A stretch of DNA of 64,000 nt from Marsupella aquatica (lineage: Eukaryota > Plantae > Marchantiophyta): contig OZ316892.1 of the NCBI GenBank assembly GCA_973895155.1, positions 25,319,233 to 25,383,232 on the forward strand, in the 5' to 3' direction. Below are positions 1 through 12,949 of this stretch, in pieces; position 1 is the stretch's first letter; every line of letters starts with the position of its first letter. A model generated the notes under the pieces. That model did no database searches, was not told where the DNA came from, and saw nothing but the letters and a program-made list of their open reading frames with translations. The position numbers and the translations under genes were made by a program.

Positions 1-338
1 GAAAGAAACCAAGAGCTTCTTTTAGTTAACTCTAGAAACGCCCTGCGGGCACACTGCCCTCAGGAACACACAGTGAAACCCATAATATAGAAAACGCTGA
101 ACCCTCCACATCAAGATAGGGCATTAAGCGCACTAAGAACGGCAACCGGAGAAACACCCACAACAGGGGGAGTTTCTTTAACCAACATCCACAATATAAC
201 TCCCAACGGACCTTTAGAGGACGTGGGGGAGGCGAAGGTCGTGGAGGACGAGAAGGACATGGAGGACGCGGAGGTGGAAGAGAAGGACGCGGAGGTGGAT
301 GAGAAGGACGCGGAGGACGCAGAGGACGAGGAGGTCGT

Positions 339-3300
339 TGTGACACGGGTAACGTGTCACTTGACCGAACCCAGGTTGTAGATTAGGACTTATACGGTCA
401 TTAGGACCGTAGCCATAGCGTAGAATAGCACGTACAGCCGTCAAGTTGCCATTATGATTAGATTAGGAGTAGGTTAAGATAACCGAATAATTACGAGTTC
501 AGGAAAGGGATTATTACGCATGACCGAGGTACGGTGGCGGCAGCGGAGTAAAAATCAGTTAGAAGAATCACGCTTGGACCGAGATGCCGACTTCAGCTCA
601 TTATCAATGACCAAACGGCCTGACCTTCTCACGCTCGGGCTCGTCCGGGCACCTCCATAAGAGAGGAGCCGATGGCACTGCGGGCCATTCGCTCACGTTT
701 ACCTTTTTGGAATTCACGGACGCTGCCATCCGCTCGCCTTTTCGATTGAATCCAGTCGACCTTTACGAGGAAATTATCGAGGGAGAAGAGCGGAATGTGG
801 CGAGATTTAGTCAGGACGAGCGAGGCCTCCGCGAAAAAGGACCAGCCAGGTGGGAACGTGGATGCAACGAACCAGACTACGAGGTTAGTATGACCCTCAC
901 AGCCTTGGGATTTTGGACCTTGTTTGGCGAGGTAGGTGCTAAGTTCTCTGAGACTTACTGGTACTCTTGCCCCGAGAAAGCCGCTTACGAACGAAGGTAC
1001 GCGAAGCTGGTAACCAAGGTAGCACTGGTTAATTGCGAAAGGACAGCCATCACCAGGGATTCTAGCTATAACGAGCTGCGAGACTACATCACCGAACTAT
1101 ATCTCAGCGAGGAAGGGCTTAGATCGGTAGCAGAGGCGATTCTTGAGGTTCCAGCTAAGTTCTTTAAGCTGAAGGGCAACCAGCGGCTTACTCAAGTGGA
1201 GTTCGACAAGATTCCAGGGTACCTAGACCCCGAAGAAACCCCCCGGCCAACCAGACCCGACGGCCCCCGGATAACCCGAAGTCCAACTTATTACAGGTAA
1301 TCCGCGTCCCCGAGGTAGTCTGGATCGCGATCAAGAAACTCAAACATGCGGACTATCTCAAGGAGCATCAGTTGGAGTGGTTCGCCCACTTACTATGGAG
1401 GCCGTGCACCGCCGGGCCGAAGGAGATTTGTGAGTTCATCTCCAATTTCGACACTGATGCGTCAACCACCAAGGTTTCGGGGCAGACCTTATCACTCACG
1501 GAGCATCGGTTAACGCAAATTTTCGGCCTACCAACCGGGCCGGTGCCGGTGGAAATCCAAATTCGGAATAAGGAGTATACGCCGTGGCACTTCAAACCCG
1601 AGGGTAAGACGGACAACGGATACAAGCAGGGGGCGTGCACCAACTTAACCTGTATGGAGCGGCTTAACTTCATACGGACTACCCTACACATGATTGAGCC
1701 ACGATCCGAGATTTCCCTCTGCACGATAGTGCAGGTGGAACAGTACAAACGACGAAACTGGGCCCAATTCTTCTACCAAAGATTCTCGGGGGAGCTGAAG
1801 CGGGCTCAGGGTGGTATTGCTATTGGAGGGAAGACTTACTTGGGGAGTCATATCGCCATTATCCTCGCCTGGTACAAGGCACGGCGGGAGGCCAGAGGAA
1901 AGAATACGGCCACCTCAGCCCCGGGTAATGACACCCCCGCCCCAGAGAAGGCAACCCCAACTACGCGGACTACTGTCCCTCGGACAAACCCCGAGCCGGT
2001 AGCCCCGACTAATACTCCGCAACCGCACCCTGCGGAAATTCCACCGCCTCCTTCCGTTGAGCCTCCGCTACCTGCAGTACAACCACCCCCAATCCCTCCA
2101 CCACCTGAAGAAACCTTCCCCTCCCCAGCGCTGACTACGGAGGAGCTCATTGCCCCTGCCGAGGAACCACCGGTACCCGAGAGGATGGAGGACTACCAAG
2201 TAGCCCCGGGGACCATGGTCTACGACCTGGTCCAGAAGTTTAGCCAGACTATGTCTGGGGAGTTGGCGACATACATCGGACAACAAGTCTCGGCGTACTT
2301 TCAGCCAACCTTCTTCATGTTAGAGCACCAACCACGGATCGTCAGCCGCTTGGAAGAAGAACTCATGGCGAAGGGGAATGAGATCGGGCGTCTCCAGATG
2401 CTGGTAGAGCACCTCGAGGAGGAGGCAACGACCCGCCGCGAGGATTTAGTCCGCACTGTCGAACAGAGGGACGGACTAACCCAGGAGTTAAGCGGAGCGC
2501 AGGCCGAACTCAAGAAGCTGGACGACACCGTGCTTCAATTACGCTCAGAATCTTCGGCTCGGGTTACCAGCCTGACCGACCTCAACAAACAATTCCTGTA
2601 GGCAGCACAGCAGGTGGCTAGTCTCTCCGCCGAACGAGATAAATTGCTAGCGCAGGACCAGGTCCATCGCGACGCCATCGACCAGCTCAACTTGGAGGTG
2701 GCGCGGCTCCAGACTGAAGCCGACGAAGCCGCAAATGAGGCGGAGGAAGCATTACGGGACAACAAGGCTTTGCAAGACCGCGTCACCCTGCTCGTCCTCC
2801 AGTGGGGAAAACCTGGGCCCACCTCTGATCAAGGCGGCTCGAGGTCTCGCCCCGACAAGGGGACCAGCCCTGGTCCAACCACTGCACACACGTAAGGGGT
2901 AGTTAGCGAAGGGTAGAAGCAGGCGCCGCACGAGGCGGTTAAGTCAGCGGCATCTTTTAGTTAGGCGTAACGACAGAATGACTGTCATTAGGCGCCGATT
3001 AGCGGCAGTAGGAAGAATTAGGGCCGGTCAGTTAGGATCAGCCAACGTAGGATTGAGTCCATCAATGGACTAGAGGTTGTCAGTAGGCTTGGCCGCCGCC
3101 ATTCCGGTTGGCACACTCATAGTCGACGGTCAATCGGTCAGTACAGCGCGACTGGTAGTCAGTAGTTAGTTAGTCAGTAGGTAGTACCCGGAAGGTAGTA
3201 TCCTCCGGTTCTCTCCGCTATGGTAGTATTTAGGCTTCCCCTTCCGCGATGGGAAGGGGGAGAAGGCTTAGTTATCTCAGCAGAAGAAAGGCGAGGCACG

Positions 3301-3876
3301 GGGAGTCCCGGCCTGAGTAGGGTCAGAGCGTACCAAGGAGTGAGAGCCAGAGTCGAGCTTGCTGGGCAAGTGCGAGGCAGGGCTTCGTAGAGACTGGGCA
3401 TCGACTGCCGTTGGGCCTGCTGACCCCCTTTGAAGTCGAGTCAACCATGTAAACTGATGCTTCGCTGAGTAAATGTAGTCTTTTTCCCTTAATGTTTCTG
3501 AGAGTAACTGGTGTTGTGTGTATGCTTTGTCCGGGCAAAGGCGCCATTTTAAGGGACGTACCGGGTGCGGACTAATGGTAGGGATTGCCACTCATTGCAT
3601 GTCACAAGGTCCTGTCACGTCGATGGCTTGAAAAGCCCCAAGTCGGGAGTTAGTCCGCATCACTAACTGAGGGAAAATTCCAGCGGTGGAAAATAAATAT
3701 ACCTATGACAAGTACGAATTATGCGAGTGTTATACCAGTAAGTATAGCGGGTTAGCCCGACTTAGGGCTATTGAAGGTCACTACACACCTCCTTGCCCGA
3801 ACCCTCACCCCTACTGGTGGTCGAGGTCGCACCATGACACTAACCCGGATTTAAGGCCCAGGGTAGGGGTGCGACA
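339..3876 (+). mobile_element. 3538-bp nested insertion, solo-LTR-like (Ty3/gypsy-type ends)
   Basis: Begins TGTGACAC and ends GTGCGACA (imperfect TIR). Perfect 5-bp TSD GTCGT at 334-338 and 3877-3881. Removing it restores the host gag frame (gga ggt cgt ggc gga cat = GGRGGH). No internal LTR pair, PBS or pol seen. Confidence 0.88.
890..2895 (+). pseudogene. Disrupted ORF inside the insert: plant-transposon-protein-like domain, Pro-rich linker, coiled coil
   Basis: ORFs 707-1300, 1372-2601 (frame open from 1147) and 2614-2895 join through one frameshift (probably the C-run ~1239-1244) and one in-frame TAG (2599-2601). First ATG at 890. EICEFISNF...VSGQTLSLTEHRLTQIFGLP resembles the putative plant transposon protein (Transposase_32-type) motif; heptad-rich C-terminus. 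Confidence 0.65.
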
Positions 3877-6800
3877 GTCGTGGCGGACATGGTGGACGCG
3901 GAGGACGCGGCGGTGGAAGAACATATAACAACAACCGCAGAAATGATTGGTCACAATCCCGACAACAACGAGAACGACCAAAATGCCATGAATGTGGCAT
4001 GACAAACCACCTAGCGAGAAACTGTAGAATCCCGCAACACCTTAGAGAACTATATCAACGGTCCCTCCAGGATGGACAAACCTCTAGGGCAACACCCCGT
4101 GAAACCCACGGGGCGTTTGTAGAGTCCAGTGACCCATTCCAAGACTTGTCAGACCTACCTGCCCAACCTGAGACACACTTAGTGGCAAGTAGCTCCACAA
4201 TACCAGATTTAAATAGCCCAAGCATATGCATTATCGATAGTGCGACCACGCATACTATCCTCAGGGATAGACACCTTTTTTACAAGATCACACCCTCACG
4301 TAGATCCCTGACCGCTATAAATGGCCCTAGCCAAATAGAAGAAGGGTTCGGCCCAGCTTCCATTAGACTACCGCAGGGTACAGCGATTCACATAGAATCT
4401 GCCATTTTTGCCCCGAACGCAACCCGTAATCTCCTCAGTTTTAGAGATATACGAGCAAATGGACTACATGTCCAGACGGGCGATACAAGAGACCAGGAAG
4501 TGATACACTTGGTTGAAAATACCCTACGGGGAAAATCATTAAAGAAACCCTTTTCTCGTACCCCTACGGATTTTATGTAACTCACATTGAATGCCTGCAT
4601 AACAATGCTCAAACAAGTGAATTGCCTGCGCTTTGGCATGCACGCCTCGGCCACCCTGGCCAATCAATGCTTAACAAAATAATTAAGAATTCAAGAGGCA
4701 TTCCAATCAATACACGCCACATTCCAGCTAGCACCCCATGCACTGCATGCTCACGCGGCAAATTAATAACAAGGCCCACGGCATCAAAATTGCCAACCAA
4801 AATACCCAAATTCTTGGAAATAATACATGTAGACGTTTGCGGGCCAATTAACCCACCAAGCGGACCATTCCGCTACTTTATGGTATTAATCGATGCATCC
4901 ACTAAATGGTCAAATGTGACCCTGCTTTCAACGAGGGACATGGTGATGCCTCGCATCTTGGCGCAAATCCTGCGCGTAAAGGCACAATTCCCAGATCACC
5001 CCATTAAGACACTAAGGGTGGACAACGCAGGGGAATTTACATCTAAAATATTTGACAATTTTTGTACATCACTTGGCATCGACGTACAATATCCTGTACC
5101 CCACGTGCATTTCCAGAATGGATTAGCTGAAGCTGTCATTAAACACCTTCAGCTCATTGCACGCCCACTACTAATGCAGTCGAAACTCCCCGTCTCAGCA
5201 TGGAGACATGCCATATTACAGGCTAATGCATTAATCCAATACCGCCCATCGGCTTTTAATACCTATAGCCCATACCAAATTGCTAACGGTATTAAACCTG
5301 ACCTATCCCACCTTCGTTCATTTGGATGTCAAGTAATGGTCCCCATTACTCCACCCAAACGAACCAAGATGGGACCCCAACAACAGTTGGGGATATACAT
5401 CGGATTCGACTCTACGTCCATAATCCAATATATGGAGCCAACAACTGGCAACGTTTTTAAATCCAGATTTCTAGATTGCCATTTTGATGAACACATTTAC
5501 CCACCATTAATAACCCCTGAACACCCACAACCACCTTTGGAGTGGGAAAGACACTCGCCATTTTGGCAAGACCTTAGAACCAATCAAGGGGAGAAAGAAG
5601 TTCAACAAATTTTGCAACTCCACAAGATTATGTAAGAACTTCCCGACGCTTTTGTCGATACATCACAAGTTAGCCGTTCACATATTCCAGTTGCGAGAGC
5701 ATCTGCTCGCATCGAATTATCAAGTGAGCCAGCAAGTACATCCCAACCTCGTACCAAACGTGGCAGACCCTTAGGATCAAAGGATAAACAACCAAGAAGG
5801 CATGGTTCATCTATACCCCCTTCACCTGATGTCGATCATACTGAATCTACAACTCATGAAGAGATCTCTATCCACTACGCACACACCGGTGCGATGTGGG
5901 ATAGAAATACTACTTCAATAGATGATGCTTTTGCATTAATGGTGGCAACACATATCACTGATGATACACCCGAACCAATATCCATTTTAGAATGCCAAAA
6001 CAGACCAGATTGGCCTGAATGGCAAAAAGCTATAAATGGAGAATTAGATTCCCTACTAAGCAGACACACTTTTGGCCCAGTTGAGCCAACACCGCAAGAC
6101 GTACACCCCATTGGCTACAAGTGGACATTCGTTCGCAAAAGAAATGATAAAGGCCAAGTTATACGCTACAAAGCACGTCTGGTAGGGAAAGGATTTACTC
6201 AACAATCGGGAATTCATTACGATGAAACTTACTCACCGGTTATGGATAGCACAACATTCCGATACCTTATTGGATTTGCCATTTTCCATAAACTACAGAT
6301 GCGACAACTGGATGTTGCAACCGCATATCTATATGGAACTTTAGACACTTGTCTATACATGCGATCACCTCCAGAGTTGGAGCAACGTCGCCGAGCTTTA
6401 GCTTAAGGCGCTAAATCGCATATCCCATATTTACATAAGATTATAAAACAATTATCTCAAGTTACACCTCATGTGTCATCTACACATGTAACTCATAACA
6501 ATGACACCACTGTGTCAACCATATGGAATACTCGTCGTGGACTAGCTATCCGCGTGTTGAAGGCATTATATGGCCTGAAATAAAGTGGCAGAGTATGGTA
6601 TCAAAGATTTACTGATGAAATGATTGCCATGGGTTTTTCCCATGATGCCATTACCCCATGTTTATTTATTAAACATGTGGATGACGAATATGTCATCGTT
6701 TCTATATATGTTGATGACTTAAATATATTTGGGACACCCCAAATTACAGAAGATACTATTACTAGTCTTAAATCAACATTTGAGATGAAAGACCTTGGAC

Positions 6801-8057
6801 ATACAAACTTTTGCTTAGGCTTACAACTAGAGATCCTACCCATTGGCATAATGCTCCATCAGACAACACAAACCGAAAAGATCCTAAAACAGTTCAATAT
6901 GAACCTAGCACACCCATTGACGTCACCAATGGTTGTACGTTCATTAGAAAACAATACTGATGTTTTTCGCAAGCGCGAAGAACATGAACCACTATTAGGA
7001 CCAGAAACCCCATACCTTTCTGCGATAGGAGCATTAATATATTTAGTAAATCAGATCCAACCAGACATTGCATTTGCAGTTAACTTACTAGCTAGACACA
7101 GTGCAACTCCCACAGCCAGACACTAGAACGGAGTTAAGCACGTATTTAGGTACCTACGTGGCACCACCGATACCGGGTTATTTTACCCATTTGGTGCAAA
7201 CCACGAACTCATAGGATATGCGGATGCCGGATACCTTTCCGACACTGACACCACAAAATCCCAAACCGGATATGTTTTTACTATTGGGGGTACCGCCTTT
7301 TCTTGGAAAAGCGTGAAACAGACCCTAACAGCAACCTCATCGAATCACTCAGAAATCTTAGCTCTACATGAGGCTAGTCGTGAAGCCGTTTGGTTACGAT
7401 CCTTTATAAATCACATCAACACCAAATGCGGCCTACCACCACTAACGAAGCCTACTAACATTTTTGAGGATAACGCAGCATGTGTACAGCAGATCACAAA
7501 AGGATTCATCAAAGGCGATCGCGTGAAGCATATAGCTCTGAAGTTTTTCTACACCCACGAGTTACATGGAAAAGAGATCAACATTTTGCAGATTTCAAGT
7601 GCAGACAACTGTGCGGATCTCTTCACCAAATCACTATCACCATCAGTTCACCACCGACACTGCCAGGCGATTGGACTGCGGAGCGTGCGATGCATGATGA
7701 CCGTGGAGGCTGTTGCTCCACATGATGCTTGATGACGCTGACGACATGATGCTGATGACATGATGTTGACGACCTACTGTTGAGACATATGTTCAAGCTA
7801 GATTTACTATAGCATCTAACTTTACTTAACATTGACATTTATTAAGACAAGGATTGTTAGGCTGCACTCTTTTTCCTTTAGCACTCATATTTTTTCTCTG
7901 CTACACTGGTAGAGTTTTTACTAAGCTAGAGTTGATAAAGGTTTTTAACGAGGCAGTCTACCTCGCTTGTACTTATATCATGTATTTCCTATGAACATGA
8001 TATAATAGGTATAGTCTATGTTGTCTATATAGTTGTCACTATATATCCAAAGGGGAG

Positions 8058-8160
8058 TGTTAGACTCTACCTCCTCTGACCGGACGACCGGACCAGTCGG
8101 TCATCCGACCCCACTATATGTACATACATTCTTGACTATACAGACATTCATTCCATGACA
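8058..8160 (+). repeat. Short 3' LTR (~103 bp) of the Bianca-like copia
   Basis: PPT AAAGGGGAG (8049-8057) is followed directly by TGTTAG...ATGACA; composition turns abruptly AT-rich after 8160. The 5' LTR is not in the window for confirmation. Confidence 0.6.
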
Positions 8161-10400
8161 AAATTAAAACTTTTTCTAATAATGAAATTTTACTTTACTA
8201 TTATTTAATATGATATCAATGCTAGGTCAAAGAGGTTCATTAGTAAAACCATGTGATTTGGTAATTTTTAGATGATGTGAGCATGTTATCGTATCTGACT
8301 AGCTAGCTGAATTCTATTTATAACTTAATGTGATAAAGATAAGTCTAGGTTTTTTTAATGTTTTAAATGGTTTTAGAAAGGAATAAAGTAAAACAATGAT
8401 ATTTTCAACTAGTTTATTTAAGAGTTAATTTAGTAGGGAGTTTATGTCACTTGTGTGATGAGATTAAGGAAGATTAAGGTGACTTGCAAGTCTATATAAA
8501 TTAGGTGATCAATTAGTTGTGGGCATGTTATGGGCATCATTAATTTTTTATTGTTGTGCAATTGAAAGCACTTTTAGTAAAAGGACACATTCAATCATTA
8601 TAGATATTTGAGGAAGTTGTGTGCAATGATAAGTTGTGCATTTGTTATACAATCTATTGTGTTAGAACATAATGAATAATTAACAAGTTTATTATAAATT
8701 TTGTGTATTTCATAGTTTGAAATTAAATTTATACTAAATCAAAGCCAACCATATTTTTTTATCTCCAAAAGGTGTGGTTATCTATGTGTTGTCACACATA
8801 GGTCAATAATCAAGATGATTGCATTGATTGATTTTATCTATGTGTACTTAGATTGAGCATCTTAGAGAATAATCAAGTTTTGAGAACCAATGTTATTATA
8901 AGCTATTTAACTTTCAAAGAAAGCTTATAGCTAAATGTTATTGACAATCTCTATTTACTTGGAGAATCTAGTATCTATCCAAAAATTTATTCATCATATT
9001 TAAGTGTAAAGAATAATATCCTACTATAACATAAGGAACCTGGTCATATAAGAAACAATTAGTCATGTCAGTCTACCAAGGATACAAGAGCAACAAGAAA
9101 AATAATGACAAAAATCTATTAGAATACTTCGCAATTCATGAAGCAGATCATGGTCCAGATCCTATCAAGCGACAATCAAAAATAGAATTAACCGGTAGAA
9201 TTTTCAATAAACAACAGTCTAGATTTCAAGCATAGGAAGCCCATCGGATTGAAGAGAACCCAAATTTTAAATGCTACAAGTAAGGAGGATTCAAGGTCTG
9301 GAGATTCATTTCAGCTAGACTTGATGAAGAGTCTGATGGGGGAAACTTCAGCTCTAGTGACAACCAAAACTGTCAAAAAGTTTCAATGCATCATCACGGT
9401 CGAGGAAATAAATAATCAAGTTTCCATAGAGTTATGGCAGAGATTTGGACCAAACCATATCTGAAAGGGTCCAAAATGTTGCACAATAAGTTAAAAGTAA
9501 ATACTCAACAACCAGACAAACTTGCCAATTACATCGCGCAAGTAGTGGATTCTTTGAGACTTGCACACAATGTTGACAAAGATTGTTTCTGTAGTTGGAT
9601 ACTTTTGCAATCTTCAAATACATAAGTAAACAAAACCCTGTCCAATGGTGCAAATTAGTAAGGCATACATTTTAGAATCAAGTTTTTATTTATAACTTTG
9701 TCTTAACAAAAACTTGTTTACTTATCCAACAGTTTGTTGAGACTTATTACTAGCTACATGTAGGTAAGAAGTTGAAGGAATAATATTGGAATATTCATCA
9801 AGAAATGTGTTAACGCATTGACAATCTGAATAAGTTGAAGGAGTAATTGACGTAATAATATTATTGCACCAAGTGAGGCAAGTAGATTTTATGCTCTTGT
9901 TTTTTCTATTCTCTTTGGAACTTCTCTTGATCCTTTGCCTTCACACTAGAAGAACGACATGATATCACAATTAATAAAACACCTCTTGAACCACAAGTAG
10001 GCCTTAGCATTTGACAAGTTCAATGACTATAAAAGTTTGTAGGGCAACAAACTCAAAGAAAGAACAAATACATGATAAGAAAAGTAACACTGATAGTTGG
10101 TCTGATAGTGTTGACAAATATGCATTCATATATGCATATATGACAAATATATATGCTGCATTCATTGTGCTCCAAGTTGGGAAAGCTGAACATCAACTCA
10201 CTTCTCCCCATACTCAACAAAACAAGATAGCAGAAAAGAAGAATAAAACCTTAGTAGATGTTATTGATATGATAAAACTATGTTGGGGTCTAAAGGCTTT
10301 GTACACAAAAAAACTTTACAAAAGCGGAGAACAATATGTACAATTTGATACGATCTGGGTTGGTAAAAGAATCTAATACATGCATAGTGAAGAAATCGAT
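8161..10400 (+). mobile_element. Highly decayed second copia relic (LTR-like AT-rich region plus integrase remnant)
   Basis: GKAEHQLTSPHTQQNKIAEKKNKTLVD (~10180-10260) matches the copia integrase motif HQLTxPYTPQQNGVAERKNRTL. TATA-like CTATATAAAT ~8492. Boundaries uncertain. Confidence 0.5.
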
Positions 10401-10502
10401 ATGGAAAATACTCCAATAGCAGTTGATTAATTTAATTGTTACAAAGAAACAACATGACAATTATATCACCACAATATTATCACAATGATCAGATGATTTT
10501 TG

Positions 10503-11031
10503 AAGAATGTTTGTGATACTAAGGCGCGGCCGCGGCCAGGGCTCCCAGGAGCTCAAATTGATCAAGCACCTAGATCGCAACTTTGCTGGCTGCGTAGGGG
10601 GCATTGATTGATTCCGTTGGGTGGGGGAGCTAGAAGGCACGGCCGTGGCCAGGGCTCGGGCCAGGGCTCCCAGCGGGAGCTCACATTGTAGTCCATGGCG
10701 GGGGGGGGGGGGGAACGATGGTCCTTCGGAGGGTGCACAGTCAAGCAGAGCACACAAGGAAAACCGTGGGGGCAGCCAACCCACCCCTGTGTAAGTGGAC
10801 CCGAGGGTGGTCGTTATGAAGACGAGGGCACGAGCAGCCATTTGATCTGGCCATAGGGAGTTCTTACAGCCGTTAGATCCCTAATACTTAACTTGAGTTA
10901 CTTTTGTAAACCCACAATCAAAATCAGTGGCAAAGTGCTAGATAGGAAAAAAACGATGGCAATGTGAGTATTATGTCATAAAATTTTGGCAATGTAGTAA
11001 AATTTGCTTTGGTAGTATCACAAACATTCTT
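10503..11031. mobile_element. MITE-like element with 19-bp perfect terminal inverted repeats
   Basis: AAGAATGTTTGTGATACTA (10503-10521) and TAGTATCACAAACATTCTT (11013-11031) are exact reverse complements. GC-rich core with GGCCAGGGCTC x3. No TSD found. Confidence 0.6.
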
Positions 11032-12949
11032 GCTTATCCATAGACAAGCTAGACAAATTAGGTCAAGAGGATTGTTGATGGACCAAGGTGGGGCACACAA
11101 GAATGCAATGGGGACCCATTTTGGGGACATTCTCTTCTCTGGTGAGGGGAGAAATTCTTGCATTCGTCTTCCTTGTAAAGGATGTTGTAGCTGCTTCTCT
11201 TACGTTCATTTTTTCAATCAAGTCAACCATGCATATTAAGTGCATTCCATGGTTAATTACATGGAAGTCTGCCATGTAGTTTTGTAACATTACAACGATT
11301 TCCATAATTTGCAAATGCAAAAAATGGTCCTGGTTGCTGGCTCCTCTGGTAATAAAAAATTATATCTGATTCATCATCCTTCTCTCATGAACCGATCCCG
11401 AGGCATACAAATTGCGGCTGGACCCTAGCTCATCTTGGTGGGTTCCTCACAATGATAGGCCTCCTCACTCGGCCCTCACTATGTCAGTGGCTTTCGAGTC
11501 CTTTCACTCATTACAGACCCCCATTAGGGGTCCTTTCCAAAATTCCTGGCACCACAGCGCGCCACATCATCTTGGCACGTTGCAAAAAGGAAGAGGCTTG
11601 TTTTTGGATAAAATGAACTTTTGCATTCGTGTTTGTGGCAACTTTGCTGTAAAAATTGGGACGCCATACCATAAAAAGGAATGTAAACAAATTTGACATG
11701 CAATCAAAAGACAAAAAGATTGGGGTTAAATTGCTCCCAGTAATGGTTTTATTTACATTTTGATTTTATTCAAAACATAAAATTTTCCCGACAACAATTT
11801 TTTATCTGACATTGCTGAGTCAAATCATAATGAAAACTCACATATAATATGGCGTTGGAAAAATCTTGAAGAGACGGTCCTGATGAGCTCAACATTGTCA
11901 CCATTTGGTAAGAATTGAGTAAGTATTTTGAAATATATATTTTACCTGTGATTTCATAATCTCTAACGTGAATATAATTTTTTGTTGTATAACCCCTGAA
12001 ATGTTGATTCCTTCCATGAGAATGAACCTAAATTGACATATTTTATTGAGTACTAAGGAGATTATAAATTTTAGAATTTCTTTAGCTTTTTAATGAACTT
12101 AACATTGATAGATTTAGTTGAATTCTGAGGAGATTGTAAGGTTCCAATGTTCTCTAGCTTTCCAATGAGTGTACCATTGAGAGATTTTATCAAGTACTAA
12201 AGTGGTCATGAGTTTCTAAATTTCTATAGCTTTCGATCGATTCTGAATTCTACAATTGGAGATTTGTTTTCATGAAACTTTTTATCTCAAACAATTCTGC
12301 GAAGTTACTTAGTGATTTGATGACACTGACAACTTCTCTCTCTTTGTCTATCTATGTGTAGGAATTGAATTTAAGTGATTACTTTTGATGCAACTTGAGT
12401 GAATCCAACATCCCTTTGATATCGTGGAGGAAACCGTCAAGCACCGTTTGTTGAAGTGGGCAATTAAGCTACCCACACATTAAACAGTAGTTCACATTAG
12501 AGCCGGTTTTGTGATTGATGTTAATTATGGTTGCCTTGGTAAGTTTGGCAACTGTTTCAAGTGGTAAACATTGACTTGTCCATTTTTGAATTTTTTTCTT
12601 TACATTTGGAGGTCCATCTAGGCTTCAGTTTCTAGATAATTGACTCTAAAATAACATGGGGGTCCACGGATTAATTATATTTCATTTTCATGCTCTGGCC
12701 CAATTATGGCTTTCTGTTATGGACTCCTCTTGGGATTGTCCTCCATGGTGCACTGGATAGTATTGTGGGTAGTTACCATTATGCACAAACAATTTGATCA
12801 AGGTGGCTAGTCGGGAATCATTCTCCTCATCCGCACCAAGTTTCTGCATACACAAATTTTGCTCCCTCGGTGGTGACCTAGATAAATATCCATTGGGCAT
12901 GGTTGTTCACCTATTGACGTATGGGCTTGACTATTATGATGAGAGACTA

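Larger units (their letters stand above)
1..8160 (+). mobile_element. Decayed Ty1/copia LTR retrotransposon, Bianca-like; 5' LTR lies upstream of the window; interrupted by a nested insert at 339-3876
   Basis: Domains in copia order: gag tail ERNQELLLVN (1-30) and RGG repeats, CCHC knuckle CHECGMTNHLARNC (~3984-4025), protease IIDSATTH, LWHARLGHP, integrase HVDVCGP...DNAGEF...QNGLAE, RT YVDD (~6707), RNase H GYADAGY. The string GPFRYFMVLIDAST...FPDHPIKTLRVDNAGEFTS resembles Bianca-lineage pol (from memory). Stops at 5633, 6404, 6581 and 7124, frameshift ~4530. Confidence 0.93.

Noticed and set aside
32-346. Pro/Arg-rich minus-strand ORF
   Set aside because: It is the antisense shadow of the gag RGG repeats.
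11878-11935. CTGATGAG as a hammerhead ribozyme core (also CTGA motifs ~3454, ~3667, ~40194)
   Set aside because: No properly placed stem II plus GAAA and no closing helices could be built.
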